Shown: positions 1-13,252 of the stretch, piece after piece
Layout: the number at the start of each line of letters is the position of its first letter
How positions within the stretch are numbered: position 1 is the first letter of the stretch
Assembly: GCF_009914755.1 (NCBI RefSeq)
Contig: NC_060936.1
Length of the DNA: 64,000 nt
Direction: 5' to 3' (one strand)
Origin: the human T2T-CHM13v2.0 reference genome, Homo sapiens
Program-made: the position numbers and the translations under genes
Notes under the pieces: generated by a model
The model's input: only the letters and a program-made list of their open reading frames with translations
Database searches by the model: none
Told to the model about the DNA's origin: nothing

Positions 1-109
1 TTCAGTCTTACGATCTGCATCACCCCAATAAGATCTCTTATGCCTCTTTAGAGTTAATCTTCAGTGCCATCCTCAGTCCAGGCAACCACTAATAAACTTT
101 GCTTCTCTC

Positions 110-370
110 AATTGCTGGCTGCCATCTTGCCCCCATGAAGGGAGGTCCTGTCTGAGAATGGAGTAAGTCAGTCTGAGAGATGGAGAGAAACCAAGTCCTA
201 TGACATTGAGTCCGTGGAGTTAGCCATTGCTGAATCTTAGCTTTTTACAACAGCTACCACAAGATCCTTACCTTTAAAATTATGTGCGTGTGTCTGTGTG
301 TGTGCGCATCTGTGAGTTAGTTTCAGTGAGGTTTTCTGCCTCATGTAACTGGAAGTATTCTGACTTACAT
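110..370 (+). mobile_element. MLT1 (MaLR) LTR fragment, old subfamily
   Basis: gctgccatcttgccc...ctgagaatggag...gagagatggagagaaa and the 3' end ggttttctg...taactggaagtattctgac are typical of MLT1I/J/K. Confidence 0.55.
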
Positions 371-1019
371 CTACAAATTATAAATCATACCCTAGAGTGA
401 CATGGACAGAGAAAGACAGAGACAGACAGAGTGACTGAAAGCACAAGATGAAATAAACGTAAGAGAGAGAACAAAAGCTACGTTTTCCAGTGACAAAGCT
501 GGATATAATATATAGAAGTGGTCTTTCTTAGCTAAATTGGGGATGTCTTTACCACTACTTTGCACAATAAGCATTTGAATGCTTATTAATTACTCATATG
601 CTGTCTAGTTCCAAAAAGAAGACTTATCAAGATGCTGACAAGATATATTCCTAGATTAAGTAAGTTAACACAAGAAAAATGAGGCCAAGGGGAAATGTGG
701 GCTGAGAGAGAAGTTGGAACTGAAAGAAAGCTTTGTAAACAGAAAGCTGAACCTGAGGACTTGTATACAACCCCCGAGATTGATGACAGCCAAATTCTAG
801 GCTTTATCGTAACCAGAGTGAGAGGGAAACATGCTTACGTTCTAGAAACCTGGAGTTTGTACGTTTAAAACCAAGTAGGTGCTGAATTTCTCTGTTGAGC
901 CACTCCATAGTGGAATTCATTAGCAGCAATTTTATAGGGGCTGATATGACACATTCAGAAGCATCCAGTGCTGGATTTCAGTTCAAAGAGCATGTGCTTT
1001 TTGCCCATTACAAAGGATA

Positions 1020-1430
1020 TTAGACCAGTCAGGACTGCTTTTGGAGACAAGTAATGGTGTGTCATGCAATAAACACATATAATTGCCTTTAACAGCACAA
1101 GCTATCGGAGGAGGAACTCAGGCAGGGCTCTACAACGTCCTCAGGAACCCACATTCTTTCTATCTCTCTGCTTGGTTTAACTCAGCTGTTTTGTCCTCTT
1201 CCCACAGGATCAAAAAATCATTTCTACCTCTTCAGGCATCATACTCTTGGTCAAGAAAGGAAGGAGTGGAGCTGGTCCTCTCTGTCCTTTCTTGTCAAGG
1301 AAGGAAAAGCTTTCCACCAAAACAGATATCCCCCTAATTGTAATTGGCCAGAATTGGATTGCCTCTACCTTCAAGGTAGCCTGAGAAAGAGAGAAAGTGT
1401 TCAGAGGGAATGGGATTCCTGGCTGACAGG
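1020..1430 (-). mobile_element. MLT1 LTR fragment, old subfamily
   Basis: Antisense MLT1 motifs (caggaacccacattctttctatct...aaagctttcc...ttggccagaattgg). Confidence 0.5.
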
Positions 1431-1959
1431 CCAATTATCATTGCCTTGCTGAATTCAACAAAACCAAGTTCACTTTGCAGGGGAGAAAGAGAGAATGAAT
1501 ATTGGGTAAGAGCTAGTAATGTTTGCCAAAGGAAAGGTGATGATTGGGACCAATTCCTCGTTGGTGGCTCACCTCTCCCATGCGTAGCGTAGTGGGATGT
1601 TCAGTGGACCGTGGGGCACAGAAGGTCAGCACCAGGCACCACTGGGTGATCCAGGAAGATCTCATGTTGTTGACTGCTAAGCCAGATCTTAGAGGATACG
1701 AAAGGATTCCTTTGGGGGATGGGGAAGGAGGTAGGAAGCACTCAGCAGATAGAGGCATGAGTGAACACCGGTAGGTCTGAATTTGTTCAGGGTTTTGGAG
1801 GAAGCTCAAGCAGTTCACTGTGAAAACATCCTAACACGAGCATCAGGGAGATGCAGGGGCAAGGCCAGAGATGGCCTTGCGTGCTGCACTTCAGCTTAGA
1901 TTCCATTCCTGCAGCAGCTGCCTGCATCCCCTGGCTTCAGTCAGGCGAGTAGTGGGATT

Positions 1960-2105
1960 TAAAACATGGGCCACCCAGCCTGGACCCTGGCTTAAGATCC
2001 TGTGTCTCTCATGTAACCTCTGTGCTTTAACTTTCTCCTCTATTGAATGGGGATAATAAGAGTCCCTGCTCCATGCTGTGTAAGACACGATGAGGAAATG
2101 CAGGT
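1960..2105 (+). mobile_element. MIR SINE fragment
   Basis: MIR core: taacctctgtgctttaactttctcctctattgaatggggataata. Confidence 0.6.
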
Positions 2106-2720
2106 GGGGCACTGTGGATGATGACTGGCCCGGGTGGGGAGGGGCTCAGCATGTGGGAATGATAACGGTGACACACACAGAGGTTGGGGGACATCCGGGA
2201 GACTATTGCATAGTTTATGCGAAAAACAACGGGACTGAAACTAGGACCCTCCATGGTGGAGTGTGTGTTGTATATGGAAGAAGTCAGGTTTCAGAACTGA
2301 CTGATTACTGGTGTGAGGGAAGAAGAGGTGTCAAGATGAGCTCTTGGGGTTTGCGCTTTGTTGTCTGGGCGGAGCCATTGCTGCTGGCACCCCTCAGACT
2401 CAGGCTTTCCGGTGCCCCTGGAGTGACTACAAGTCAATGAAGTTCTCGGGCACAGCGAGCACTCTGCAGAGGGGTGTGGGAAGGAGAGCCAGCACCTGCC
2501 ATTTGCAGACGTGTGCCAGGCAGTGGGTGGGTTTGGCTATTTGGCGCCTGACAGCTACTGGCTCTTCCACTTGGCGTCTTTTGCACCTTTATGCCAAGTG
2601 CTGTATTAGGCTCTGGGCACCCTGTGGAGTAAGACACAGTCCCTGACCTCCTGGCCAGGAGGGTGAGACACACAGGAGCCCAAGTCAAATGACCATACAA
2701 CACCCACAGTGCAGAGATAA

Positions 2721-2936
2721 GGCCAGCCTGGCCAAGATGGTGAAACCCCATCTCTACTAAAAATACAAAAATTAGCCAGGTGCGGTGGCAGGTGCCTGTG
2801 ATCCCAGCTACTTAGGAGGCTGAGGAAGGAGAATCGGTTTGAACCTGGAGGGTGGAGGTTGCAGTGAGCCGAGATTGCACCACTGCACTCCAGCCTGGGC
2901 GACAAACTCCGTCCGTCTCAAAAAAAAAAAAAAAAA
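2721..2936 (+). mobile_element. Alu (AluS-like), 5'-truncated
   Basis: End of left arm, central TACTAAAAATACAAAAATTAG, full right arm, poly-A. Confidence 0.95.
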
Positions 2937-2980
2937 TGCTGCAGGATAGAGACAGGAATAAAAGACAGCAGGGGATGAAA

Positions 2981-3190
2981 ACCGTTCCGCAGCCTCAGCA
3001 CCATTCGCTCTTGGCCAGATTCTTCTTTGATGGGTGGGTGGGGTGGGGGGTATCCTGTGTACTATGCAATGTTCAGCAGCGTCCGTGGCCCCTAGCCACA
3101 GATGCCAGTAGCATCTCCCCAGAGTTGCCACCAAAGATGCCCTTAGATCTTACCAAATGTCCCCTGTGGGATGGCTGGTTGAAAAGCAAC
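2981..3190 (-). mobile_element. MER20 (hAT-Charlie) DNA transposon
   Basis: Reverse complement of MER20 motifs: gttcagcagcgtccgtggcc, agatgccagtagca, ccaaatgtcccct, ggttgaaaa. Confidence 0.75.
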
Positions 3191-3279
3191 CAGGCTGTCC
3201 TGGTTGAAAAGCACTGGGGACAGTGTGACCGGGGTGGGCGGGAGCTGTTGTCACAGGAAGGCCACGGGAGGGCTCCTCT

Positions 3280-3733
3280 GTCAGCTTCTAGGGATGCCGT
3301 GACAATGACCCCGCACTGGGTGGCATGAAACAAAAGACATTTCTGGAGGCCAGAAATCTGAAATCCAGGTGTTGGCAGGGTGGCTTCTTCCTAGAGGCTG
3401 TGGGGGAATCTCCCGGCTTCTGGTGGCTCCAGGCAGCACCTGGTCTTTCTTAGCTTGTGGCTGCATCTCTCCCTTCTCTGCCACCTCCTTCAGATGAAGT
3501 TTCCCTCCGTGTCTCTCCTCTGTGTCTGTGCATCTCAAATATCCCTCTCCTTTCTTTTTATAAGGAAACAAGCCATTAGATTTAGGGCCCACCCTAAATC
3601 CAAGATGATTTCATCTCGTGTTCCTGAACTAATTACATCTGCAAAGACCCTGTTTCCAAATAAGATCAATTCATAAGTGCCAGGAGTTTAGCACTTGGAC
3701 ACAGCTCTTTGAGGGACATAATTCAACACTATA
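3280..3733 (-). mobile_element. MLT1B/C solo LTR
   Basis: ttctggaggccagaaatctgaaatccaggtgttggcaggg...aattacatctgcaaagaccctgtttccaaataag...ggacataattcaac. Confidence 0.85.
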
Positions 3734-5014
3734 CTCCCTAAGGCATGAAACCCAAGGGAAGTGTGGGAATGAGGCACTTGAAGAAGTGTGTGTGTTGGGA
3801 GTTGGGGATGGTATGTTCCAGGGAAAAGAGACGGATGCAAAGGTGATGGATTTGAGGCAAGAGCGAGGGTGGCATATCCAGGGTGGCCACTGGGTCTGGA
3901 GTGTCAGTAGCAGGGCAGATTTAGAAGGTGACTTTGCATACCTAGGCAAGGCCAGCTCATGCGGGATGTCGGAGCCCATGGGAAGCACCTTGCGTTTGAG
4001 GCTGCCTGCGGTGGGAAGCTTCAGAGTTTCAAGCGGGGCTTTGCTATGGGTTTGTTCTGCTTTCCCGTTTTCCCCTTTGGAGGAGGCTTACAGAGATAGT
4101 GATGACTTTGCAGCTGTTAATCATCAGGAAGCTGTAATCACTAAGAATGTTTGAAATCATCAGTTAAGGATTTTTAGAAGGAAGTAAACCAAAGAAATAC
4201 TGCAGTAGCCTGCCCTAATTATTTCCTGGGCTTAAAGTAACCAGGTGCATTGGAGAGATTATTTTTCTTCTTCTGATTTATGAAGGTCTCAGGGTCCAAA
4301 TTTTGAAACTGCTGATCGAATTTGTTCTTGGATGTTGTCATAGAAATCTGAAACTTTCCTACTTGTCTGAGAGTGAAATTTCTTTGATTATTCACTCAAG
4401 GGTTTGATAGGTTTAAAAAAAGGCCTTCGGGACATCTCTTGTTATAAAGTGTCAACTTTAGATATCAAGAGAATCATGATATATTTATTACTACAAAAGA
4501 GAAAATAAGCAACTGAAAAACTCATGAACTTGAAGCATGAAGCAAACCCCTTAAGTTCTAGGGGTTTCAAGATGTGGATGCCAACATGTGATGACATTTA
4601 AAAGATGGATCCAAATATGAGATTATTTCGAGCCTCTTGGAATTTTGAAAGCTAAAGAGTGTTGTTACATGAATGAATGTTATTTTACAGATGAACAGGT
4701 CTAGTAAAGGGTATGCATCTCACTTTGTATTTAGGAACAGAAAACTTAAAAGAAGAAGCAGTCTCCTTGCCATTCCGCTCATAGGTGTGTGCCCCGATGT
4801 GGGCATGGGATGTAAACCTGTTTTTCCTCACAGGTCTCTGTTCTCCTGAGCTTTTCATAGAGTGGGTTTACTGTGGGAAGATAAGCATTGCTGCTATGGC
4901 GTGGACCCCCAAAGCAGGCCAGTGACTGCTGACATCCAGCTCTGGAAACATCCATCTCTCTGATGCTGGAGGGAGAAACTGGACTCCCCTTCAGGGAGAT
5001 GCTGGACTCACTGA

Positions 5015-5351
<337 letters not shown>

Positions 5352-6054
5352 CGAGAATCTTTTTCTATAGATACTTTTGACTCTGTTTTTGCCTCAGCGG
5401 GCTCACTACAGAACCTGCCTACCACGTAGGTTGGGATTCTATTGCACCACTGTCAGGTGGTGTTTTTCCCATTGTAGGTAATGACCCATTAGAAGGAGAT
5501 GAGACAAATTCAGCAGGTATTTAAGAGTCAGACTAGCATGGAATGAAATGGAAGTGAATACAACAGGAAGTATCAGAGTAGAAGAGAAAACAGTGCTGTG
5601 TAATGAGACTTTTATTTTGGTGAGATGAATTCATATATGTGTATATAGGTGTGTGTCCTGATCGTGATGAAAATATTTCAAACCGTGGGACACACCCCAG
5701 CATGTTTGTAAACCATCCCCGTCCTCTCCGCTGCCCAGCTCCTCATTGTTAGGTCTTAAAGTAGGAAAACACATGGTGTGATTTGGGTTGGTGAATAGTC
5801 GACTTGTAGATCTGCGGACTCGTCAACATTGCTCTGACATCAGATTTTCTGAAGAGCAGTGTGGGCTCCTTCCCCAGGGCTGGCCGAGTTTTGAGGGGAA
5901 CTGCAGGTTCTGATGTTTCCAACTCTGTATCTCTGCCCTCGTCATTTCCATGGACAAGTTATTTGTGCTGGTGTGAGATCCAGAATCGGTCCTGCTACGT
6001 GACAATGCCTGGAGCACGGAGCCAGGAACCCAAGCTGCCTCACCAGCGTGTTAG

Positions 6055-6411
<357 letters not shown>

Positions 6412-6742
6412 AAGAGCAGATTTTTTTTAAAAAAATTAAGTACCTCTATTCATTTGCACCTTCACTACCCAGTGAGGAGATCAAAATTTCCTAGAGCAAA
6501 TGCATTCGATGCCACTCACAGATTTCGACAGGAGAGCACAATTTCAGGAACGCCTACATCAAAGCACTAATTGGCACTTTTACAGTGTCTTTCTCCGCAC
6601 GTGAGCCTTGCTGGTGGAAGGAGCTGTCATAGTAATGCGTATTCCTCCATGCCCAGTGAGTAGGGTGACGGTCAATTCACAGTTCACTAGGCACAAAAGA
6701 TGACTGGGCTCTCCTCTGCTCGGGACAGCAAGAAGGTTGAGG

Positions 6743-7116
6743 TGATACGGTTTGTCGGTGTCCCCACCCAAATCTCATCTTGAATTATAGTTCTCATAAT
6801 CCCACGTATCGTGGGAGGGACCCAGTGCCCAGGGAGAAGTAATTGAATCATGAGGGTGGTTACCCCCATGCTGCTGTTCTTGTGATAGTGAGTTTTCTTG
6901 AGATCTGATGATTTTATAAGGAGCTTTTCCCCCTTTTGCTTGCATTTCTCCTGCCTGTCACCATGTAAGACATGCCTTTGCTCCTCTTTCACCTTCGGCC
7001 ATGATTGTGAGGCCTCCTCAGCCATATGGAACTGTGAGTCCATTCAACCTCTTTTCTTTGTAAATGGCCCAGTCTTTGGTTTGTCTTTATTAGCAGCGTG
7101 AGAACAGACTGATACA
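6743..7116 (+). mobile_element. THE1 (THE1D-like) solo LTR
   Basis: TG...CA termini, THE1 body, perfect 5-bp TSD TGAGG (6738-6742 and 7117-7121). Confidence 0.93.
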
Positions 7117-7398
7117 TGAGGATGCCATGATGGATTGGTTGTTCATCGCAGCCCTGCATCCCCTACCATGCATGGACCATGCCATCAGATGGGGTTGGGT
7201 TATGGTTGGTCAGTGAAAGGAAAGATAGGGGTCACATGGTAGGTTGTTGGTGAGAAAAAGATATTGATTTCCTGGGTAATGTTGGTGCAGATTAGCTGAG
7301 CAGCTGCCTCCTCTGTCTCCCCCATGTTGTTTTGGTCAATCAGCCCACACAGTTTGGAGGATTCTGCCTGGTTTGTCTCAGCTAGGCTTTTTACAACC

Positions 7399-7832
7399 TA
7401 TTCCAGTTGCCTGGGACTGCTATAACAAATGGCAACAAACTGCATGACTTAAGACAACAGGGATTTAATTCCTGTCAGTTCTAGAGGCAACAAATCTGAG
7501 CTGCACCCACTCCAGAGGCGCTAGGGAAGGACCCTTCCTTGCCTCTCCCATCTTCAGGTGGCTCCAGGTGTTTTGGCTGGTGGTTGCATTGCTCCAGTCT
7601 CTGCCTCCATCTTCACATGACCTCCTCCTCTTCCTGCATCTTTTCTTCCTCTGGAAAAGGACACCTGTCATTGGATTAAGAGTCCATTCCAAATCCAGAA
7701 TGCTCTCATCTCAAGATCTCTTCCTTAATTACATCTGTAAAGACCCCTTTCCCAAGGAAATAATGCCACATTTGCATGTTCTGGGACTTGGGCATGGACA
7801 TATGCTTTTAGCGACCAGCATTCAACCCACTT
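7399..7832 (-). mobile_element. MLT1B/C solo LTR
   Basis: ctgctataacaaat...gacttaagacaacag...ccttaattacatctgtaaagacccc...cattcaaccc. Confidence 0.8.
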
Positions 7833-7964
7833 TAAACCCAAGAGGAGAAACATACTCTTCTGTGGTCAGAGTACAGAGTTCTGTTCAGTAATAGTTTGCT
7901 AAGACCTCACCCTGTGCTATGAGCTGGGGATAGTCCGTGAGTATGGGTGGAGATAGAGACACTA

Positions 7965-8265
7965 GCCGATCAAGCACTTGTCACAGTTCTGCCATTGAAG
8001 AGCCAAAGAACTTTCAGCAAGAGCTTAATCTCTCCATGCCTCAGTTTCCTTATCTGTAAAATCTCCTTTCCTCAAAGCTTCTGCTCACAAGTCATCTTTT
8101 CTGTAAGATCTTCTCTGATCACCGTATTAAAACAACATGCACTCCTGTCCTTATTTTACTACACAGAAAGGAAGCTTCAGAAAGATGGTTTGTCTATTCT
8201 GTCTATTGTTCTGGCTCAGGCTCATAGTAGGTGAGCAAGAGCTGTGTGTTGAAGGAATGAATAGT
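7965..8265 (+). mobile_element. MIR fragment followed by an L2 3' end
   Basis: gcctcagtttccttatctgtaaaat (MIR core); catagtaggtg...tgttgaaggaatgaat (L2 tail). Confidence 0.55.
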
Positions 8266-8529
8266 GTTGGAGATGCCCTAGGGCATGTGGCCAGATGTTT
8301 GTGAGAAATAAATCAGAGAATCCATGTAGTAGGAGATCTTGTGTAAATGCCAGTGCCTGCCCTTCCGCCTCCCATTTCCTGAATTACTTCTTCTGTACCA
8401 GACCTGTAATGCCTTGGATGCCACTGAGTCACAGCAAGAAATATGCAACAGGATGTTAAATAATAAGGGAGCAAGATGTATTATTTGAGCATCCCATCTT
8501 TTCTAAGACAGAGAAATTGGAGGGAAGTA

Positions 8530-9318
8530 CAATCCATTTTCATTATTCACGGTAGGTATCTTCTATAAAGTCTCCATAAACACTAAATTAGCAAATACTG
8601 AATCATTGCTCTAAAGGAAATATAAGCCAGGCATGGTGGCTCACACCTGTGATCCTGGTATTTTGGGAGGCTGAGGCAAGAGGATGGCTTTGAGTCTAGG
8701 ACTTGCAAACCTGCCTGGGCAACACAGCAAGACCCCATCTCTTTAAAAAAAAGAGTGTTTTAAGGGAAGTACAGAGCTAGGTCCCTACAAGCCTCTGGTC
8801 ATAACATATTCATCAATGGATTAATGCATAACCTGATTATATGCATTTTTCTGTCTAAAGACACCTGATTAGATACATATTGTTGACTCATTCACATTGA
8901 ACTCATGGCCAACTGCACCGTAACTCATGCCTGAAGGAAGCTGATTGAATGCAGGTGTTGTCTCTGTAAAGCACAGTGCCGCCTTCTTGCACTTAGGAAC
9001 ACTAGACAGTGCTTTATTCCTACACTTAGGGGATGTTTGAAACAGCAAAATCGCCAAAAGAAAGCACAGAAGACCAAAAACATGAAATTACAAGGACCGC
9101 AGAAAGGCCACTTGCTTATATGTAGTATCGTGGCTGAAGCAGGACAGTACAACGCGGGCATATTTGACCTCAGGTAGGAACGTGCTTTGAGCCACTCAAA
9201 ACTGTCTCTGCACCGCCTTATTGGGGGAATGCCCGTGAAAGTACCAGGGGCACTGATGGACTTTAGCTAGTAGGTGGATTTGCAAATACAGAATCCCACA
9301 AATGATGGGGCTTGACTG
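8530..9318. mobile_element. MER82-like TcMar-Tigger non-autonomous DNA transposon, full length, interrupted by a FLAM
   Basis: Degenerate terminal inverted repeats CAATCCATTTTCATTATT...AATGATGGGGCTTGACTG after a TA; internal sequence matches my recall of MER82. Confidence 0.8.
8625..8760 (+). mobile_element. FLAM (free left Alu monomer) nested in MER82
   Basis: Single Alu monomer with A tail; diverged TSD taaaggaaatata / taagggaagtaca. Confidence 0.85.
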
Positions 9319-10374
9319 TGAATCCATCTGGTGGAGCAGAGTAGGAGAGTGAAGCTTGTCCCATTCATTTCCCACAGCCTCTCCTGGGAAACTAAAGTTG
9401 TCCATGCCGAACACACGTGGCAACCCTGGGAGCCGGTCTTCAGGGAGAAGCGGCTTTCTAGAATCGAATCTGAGTGTTTACAGAGGACTCAGTTTAGCTA
9501 GTTGTGGCTGCTCTTTTGAAAGGGCTTAATAATAATATAACCGACCAGCAAACCTATGGACGTGAGAGAGGAAGCCTGCTCAGTCCTTCCTAGGGAGTGG
9601 CTCCTAGGGTCTCCTGCGGGAATCGCTGCTCTGAAGATGCCATCGGAAGGCACAGTCACTGGGCTGCAGCAGAGTAGAGGGAGCTGTCCCAGCTGGGAGG
9701 CTGGCCGGGGTTTAATACCCTCCACAAAGAGCAGCTTTGAGGGGGACGGCATCTGGCGGCTTGAAAGAGTGCCAGTGGCAAGACACAAACTTCAGTGGCT
9801 CAAAGAGAAGCACTTCTCGGAAGCTTCCCTTGCTTTTTGTCAGCAATGAAAAGCGGTGGGCAGTCTAGCAACCTCTTAAGAGGAAAAGGGGAGTTTGCTT
9901 TTAAGAGGAAGACAACCCCGCAAAGGGGAAACCGTCTCGGATACACTCTGCCCTCTCACCTCCTTCTCTTTGTCCCGTTGAAGACCCTTCGCAACACTCC
10001 TCCCCCAGGGATGTCCATTTTTGGTTTTGTTATTCGCTTTTTTTTTTTTTTAGGTACACAAATAATACATTCATACTTTAATGGCGAAGCTGATTCCCCA
10101 TGGCTCAGCCACCCACTGCCGCTCTGTAATATTTCAGCCTCTCCTTAGGCGAAAGAAGCCATTGTTCTGAGCTTGGCACGAGCTCCCGGACCCTTCACGT
10201 ATTGTGTACATACAGCTTTGTGCTCACAGAAAAATGCATTTTTTTCCCTGAGTTTTAAAAAGTTATATAAATGCTATCATACTGACGTACTGCACAGACT
10301 GCCACTGTAGGAATATTATTTCCTTTGTGATAAAAACACAAGGTATTTTTAAGATCCCAGACATCAAAGATCGA

Positions 10375-10537
10375 GATAGCGCTGACTGATAGAACTTCTG
10401 CAATAATGGGAATGTCCCCTGAGCACTTGAACCATGGCGAGTGTGACCAAAGAACTGAATTTTTCATTTCAGTTAATTTTAATATCAATAACCACATGTG
10501 GCTAATGGCTCAGTGTTGGATGGTAGCACAGCTCTAG
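10375..10537. mobile_element. MER3-like hAT-Charlie element
   Basis: atagaacttctgcaataatggg...aactgaattttt...ccacatgtggcta...gcacagctctag. Confidence 0.7.
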
Positions 10538-10804
10538 GTCGTTCTTTTTATTGTTTTTTTATGATGGGAAATTTTCAAACATCTATAAAAAGAGAGGATC
10601 CTATTCCTGTGCACCCAACCTCCAGCTTTAATAATAATGATTCAGTAATAAGAATGTCACCATTCTTGTTTCTAGAGTCTTCCTTTCAACTCTCCGTGGT
10701 ATTCTTTTACATAAATAAATACATGTTTTAACCTTTCTCCTATTGACAGAAGAACAGATATTCTAATTTTCTGCTAAAACACATAAAAGAGTGATCCTCT
10801 TGGT

Positions 10805-11266
10805 CTATGTTTCTGAGTGTTATGTGGTATGTATATCTGAGTATGTATGTGTATCTGAGTATGTGTGTGTTTGTGCTGTGTGTACCATATATGTATCTGT
10901 GTATGTGTGCATATTTGTGTGTGTGAATCTGTGTATGTGGGTGTGTGTGTATGTATGTGTGTGTGTACAGGTCTGTCTCTGTGTCTGTATGTATCTGTGA
11001 GTGCGTCTGTGTATCTGTGTGTATGCATGTCTGTGTGTGTGCACGTGAGCATCTGTATGTATGTGTATGAGTCTGTATGCATGTGCATCTGTGTGTACAT
11101 GTGTATACGTGTGTGTATGCAGTTGTTTAGGTGTGTGCCTGTATGTGTGTGCACCTGTGCATGTGTGTCAGTGTGTGCGCATGTGCACCCCTGTGTACAT
11201 GTGTGTATGAGCATATACACATGTCTGTGTATTTGTGCTCTGTGTATATACGTGCATGTCTGTGTA
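10805..11266. repeat. Degenerate (TG)n/(TATG)n low-complexity tract, ~460 bp
   Basis: Directly visible alternating purine-pyrimidine sequence. Confidence 0.95.
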
Positions 11267-12004
11267 TTCCTCTAGGGCAGGAACTTAGAAGTGGGCAAGG
11301 GGTGGATGCATTTTCAGCTTTCGCAATGGCCAACCGCCCGTTGGCCAATTCACTTCCACAAGCAGTGAAATCAACTTCACGTGGAAACACGCTCCGGGTG
11401 CTAAGGAGCTCGCAGCCGTGCTGAGTCGACCTGTCCTCAGGGACGGATGCTTGAGCCGTTTCCCATGGTGCTCAGGCTCTGGCATCCGACTGGGAATCCC
11501 TGGGTGTCCCGGGATTCAGGGCAAGATAAAGCAGGTCAGATTAATGACACAAAGCCCCCCTGTTGTCCTAATCATCTTATCATTCCTAAGTTCAAACGGA
11601 ATTTCTCTCTCCGCCCCCAGGGGGTTTCTATTTCCCCTTCCCCAGTCCTTGTCTTTGTAGGGCAGGGGACCATCGGTGTTTCTGGAGCTTGCTTGAATGA
11701 GTTTTTCCAGGCGAGTACTTTCCCATAAAGACACCATTAATGCAGTAAGGAATCAGAAGCCCAGGGAGGGAAAAGGCTAAGCCATTTTGCTTACTTAACG
11801 GCTTGCAAAGTTCTGCTCTGCTTCCAGGAATCCTCGTAGTGTAGCCACTCTCTTACTGAGCAGTCCTTCCATATCAGGATAGTTATGGATTATCTACATA
11901 ACGACGCTTTTTAAACTGTTAAGAGAACTGCATCTGTTTAGCTGGCCTACTGTGGCCCTATGGCTAATGCCAAAGGGTGCGTTTTAGCTAAGCTGCAGAG
12001 TTTA

Positions 12005-12085
12005 AAAACAAAACAAAAACAAACAGCTCCACTACCACCAAAGAAACCCAAACAAACAAACAAACAAATCCTACAAAACAAAAAG
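12005..12085. repeat. A-rich (CAAA)n simple repeat
   Basis: aaacaaaacaaaaacaaac...aaacaaacaaacaaacaaa. Confidence 0.8.
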
Positions 12086-13061
12086 AGGTGGTCAGGTTCC
12101 AGAAAAGGGGACAAGGGAAGAGTCAGGTGGGCAGCCCGTCGTCAATCATTAGAGGAGCTGAAGTCTGACCTTCTCCTTCTTGACAGACAAAGGAGACAAT
12201 TTAGAGAGTAAAGTGGATCAAATAAGTCACTGGTTTGGGAGGTGGTGAGCATGGGCCACAGGATGGGAAAAGATCTGGGGGCGCACCCTCCCTGCAGAAG
12301 AAACCGTGGGTTGTAGGAGCTCCCAGGGCAGGGGCTCTGGAGGGGTGGCTCCTCCAGCAGTTGTGCCATCCCCAGCCTCGATGACAACGGCAGGCAGGGT
12401 TGTACCATTTGGTTTCTATCAGATGAAGAAGGGTCAAGAGGTTTTAAGAACCCCATTTAGGGGAGGGATCTTTGTTTTCATGTTCAAGGTCTGGCAGCAA
12501 AGTTTCCAGGATTCAAAGCAAAGCAAGCCCGTGATGGTGGGTCGGATGGCTCTTTTATGGCCTTTGGTGAGGCCACTGTGTTGGGGACTCCATTCCTAGG
12601 CTCCACTAAAGCTTCTGGAAGTCAGAGGGTTGGATCAGTCTTGTTCAGTTCTGATTTTTACATGTATTTCTAGAAACTTTTTGTTCCACTTCATCAGGCC
12701 TCATGCAGTGAGTGAATATTCTGTCCGCTCCAAATCCACCTCCCACAGTGGGGCACTAAAGGCTGGCTTAGTGAGGGGACTTTACCTTCTACTTTCAAGT
12801 AAGTATCCACCAACCCTCCCTTCAAAGATGCGCACACTGAGACATAATGAGCCTCATGCCAAATGCCATGTAAATAGAGTCCCTGCAAAGGCCTCTGCCA
12901 CGCAGGACGTGGTCCTCTCCGGGCTCCTAAAGCCTTCACGGCCACCTGTGATCTTCACATTCACGTCTGTCAAAGTCCAGCCTCCTGTCTTGGTGTTCGT
13001 CCCTTTGTCTCAAAATATTCGAGAACTTTATGGGATGTCATACCCCTTTGCAGATTCGGAT

Positions 13062-13252
13062 GGCAACAGCGTGATGAGAAGAGCTCGGCTTTGGAATTTA
13101 CATGGGTCTGTGTTGAAATCCTGTGTGACTGGAGACTTGGTTATGGTCTCAGCCTCCCTCTTCCCATCTGTGGAATGGAGGCAAGGAGACCTGCTGCATA
13201 GGATCATTGCAAATATTTGAGACATAATCGCCGAGTCCTCGCACAGAGCCTG
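13062..13252 (+). mobile_element. MIR whose 3' segment forms the unit of the adjacent tandem array
   Basis: ctcagcctccctcttcccatctgtggaatgg (MIR core), then cataggatcattgcaaat...gcacagagcctg. Confidence 0.7.

Noticed and set aside
9322-9760. Two CTCF-like motifs (minus-strand CCACCAGATGG and CCGCCAGATGCC)
   Set aside because: Both miss conserved positions of the GGC(G/A) end of the core.
10774-11424. His/Thr-rich and Cys/Val-rich ORFs
   Set aside because: Translation artefacts of the (TG)n tract.
12630-13220. 196-aa ORF
   Set aside because: TTG start, ends within a MIR, and has no recognisable homology or clear splice structure.
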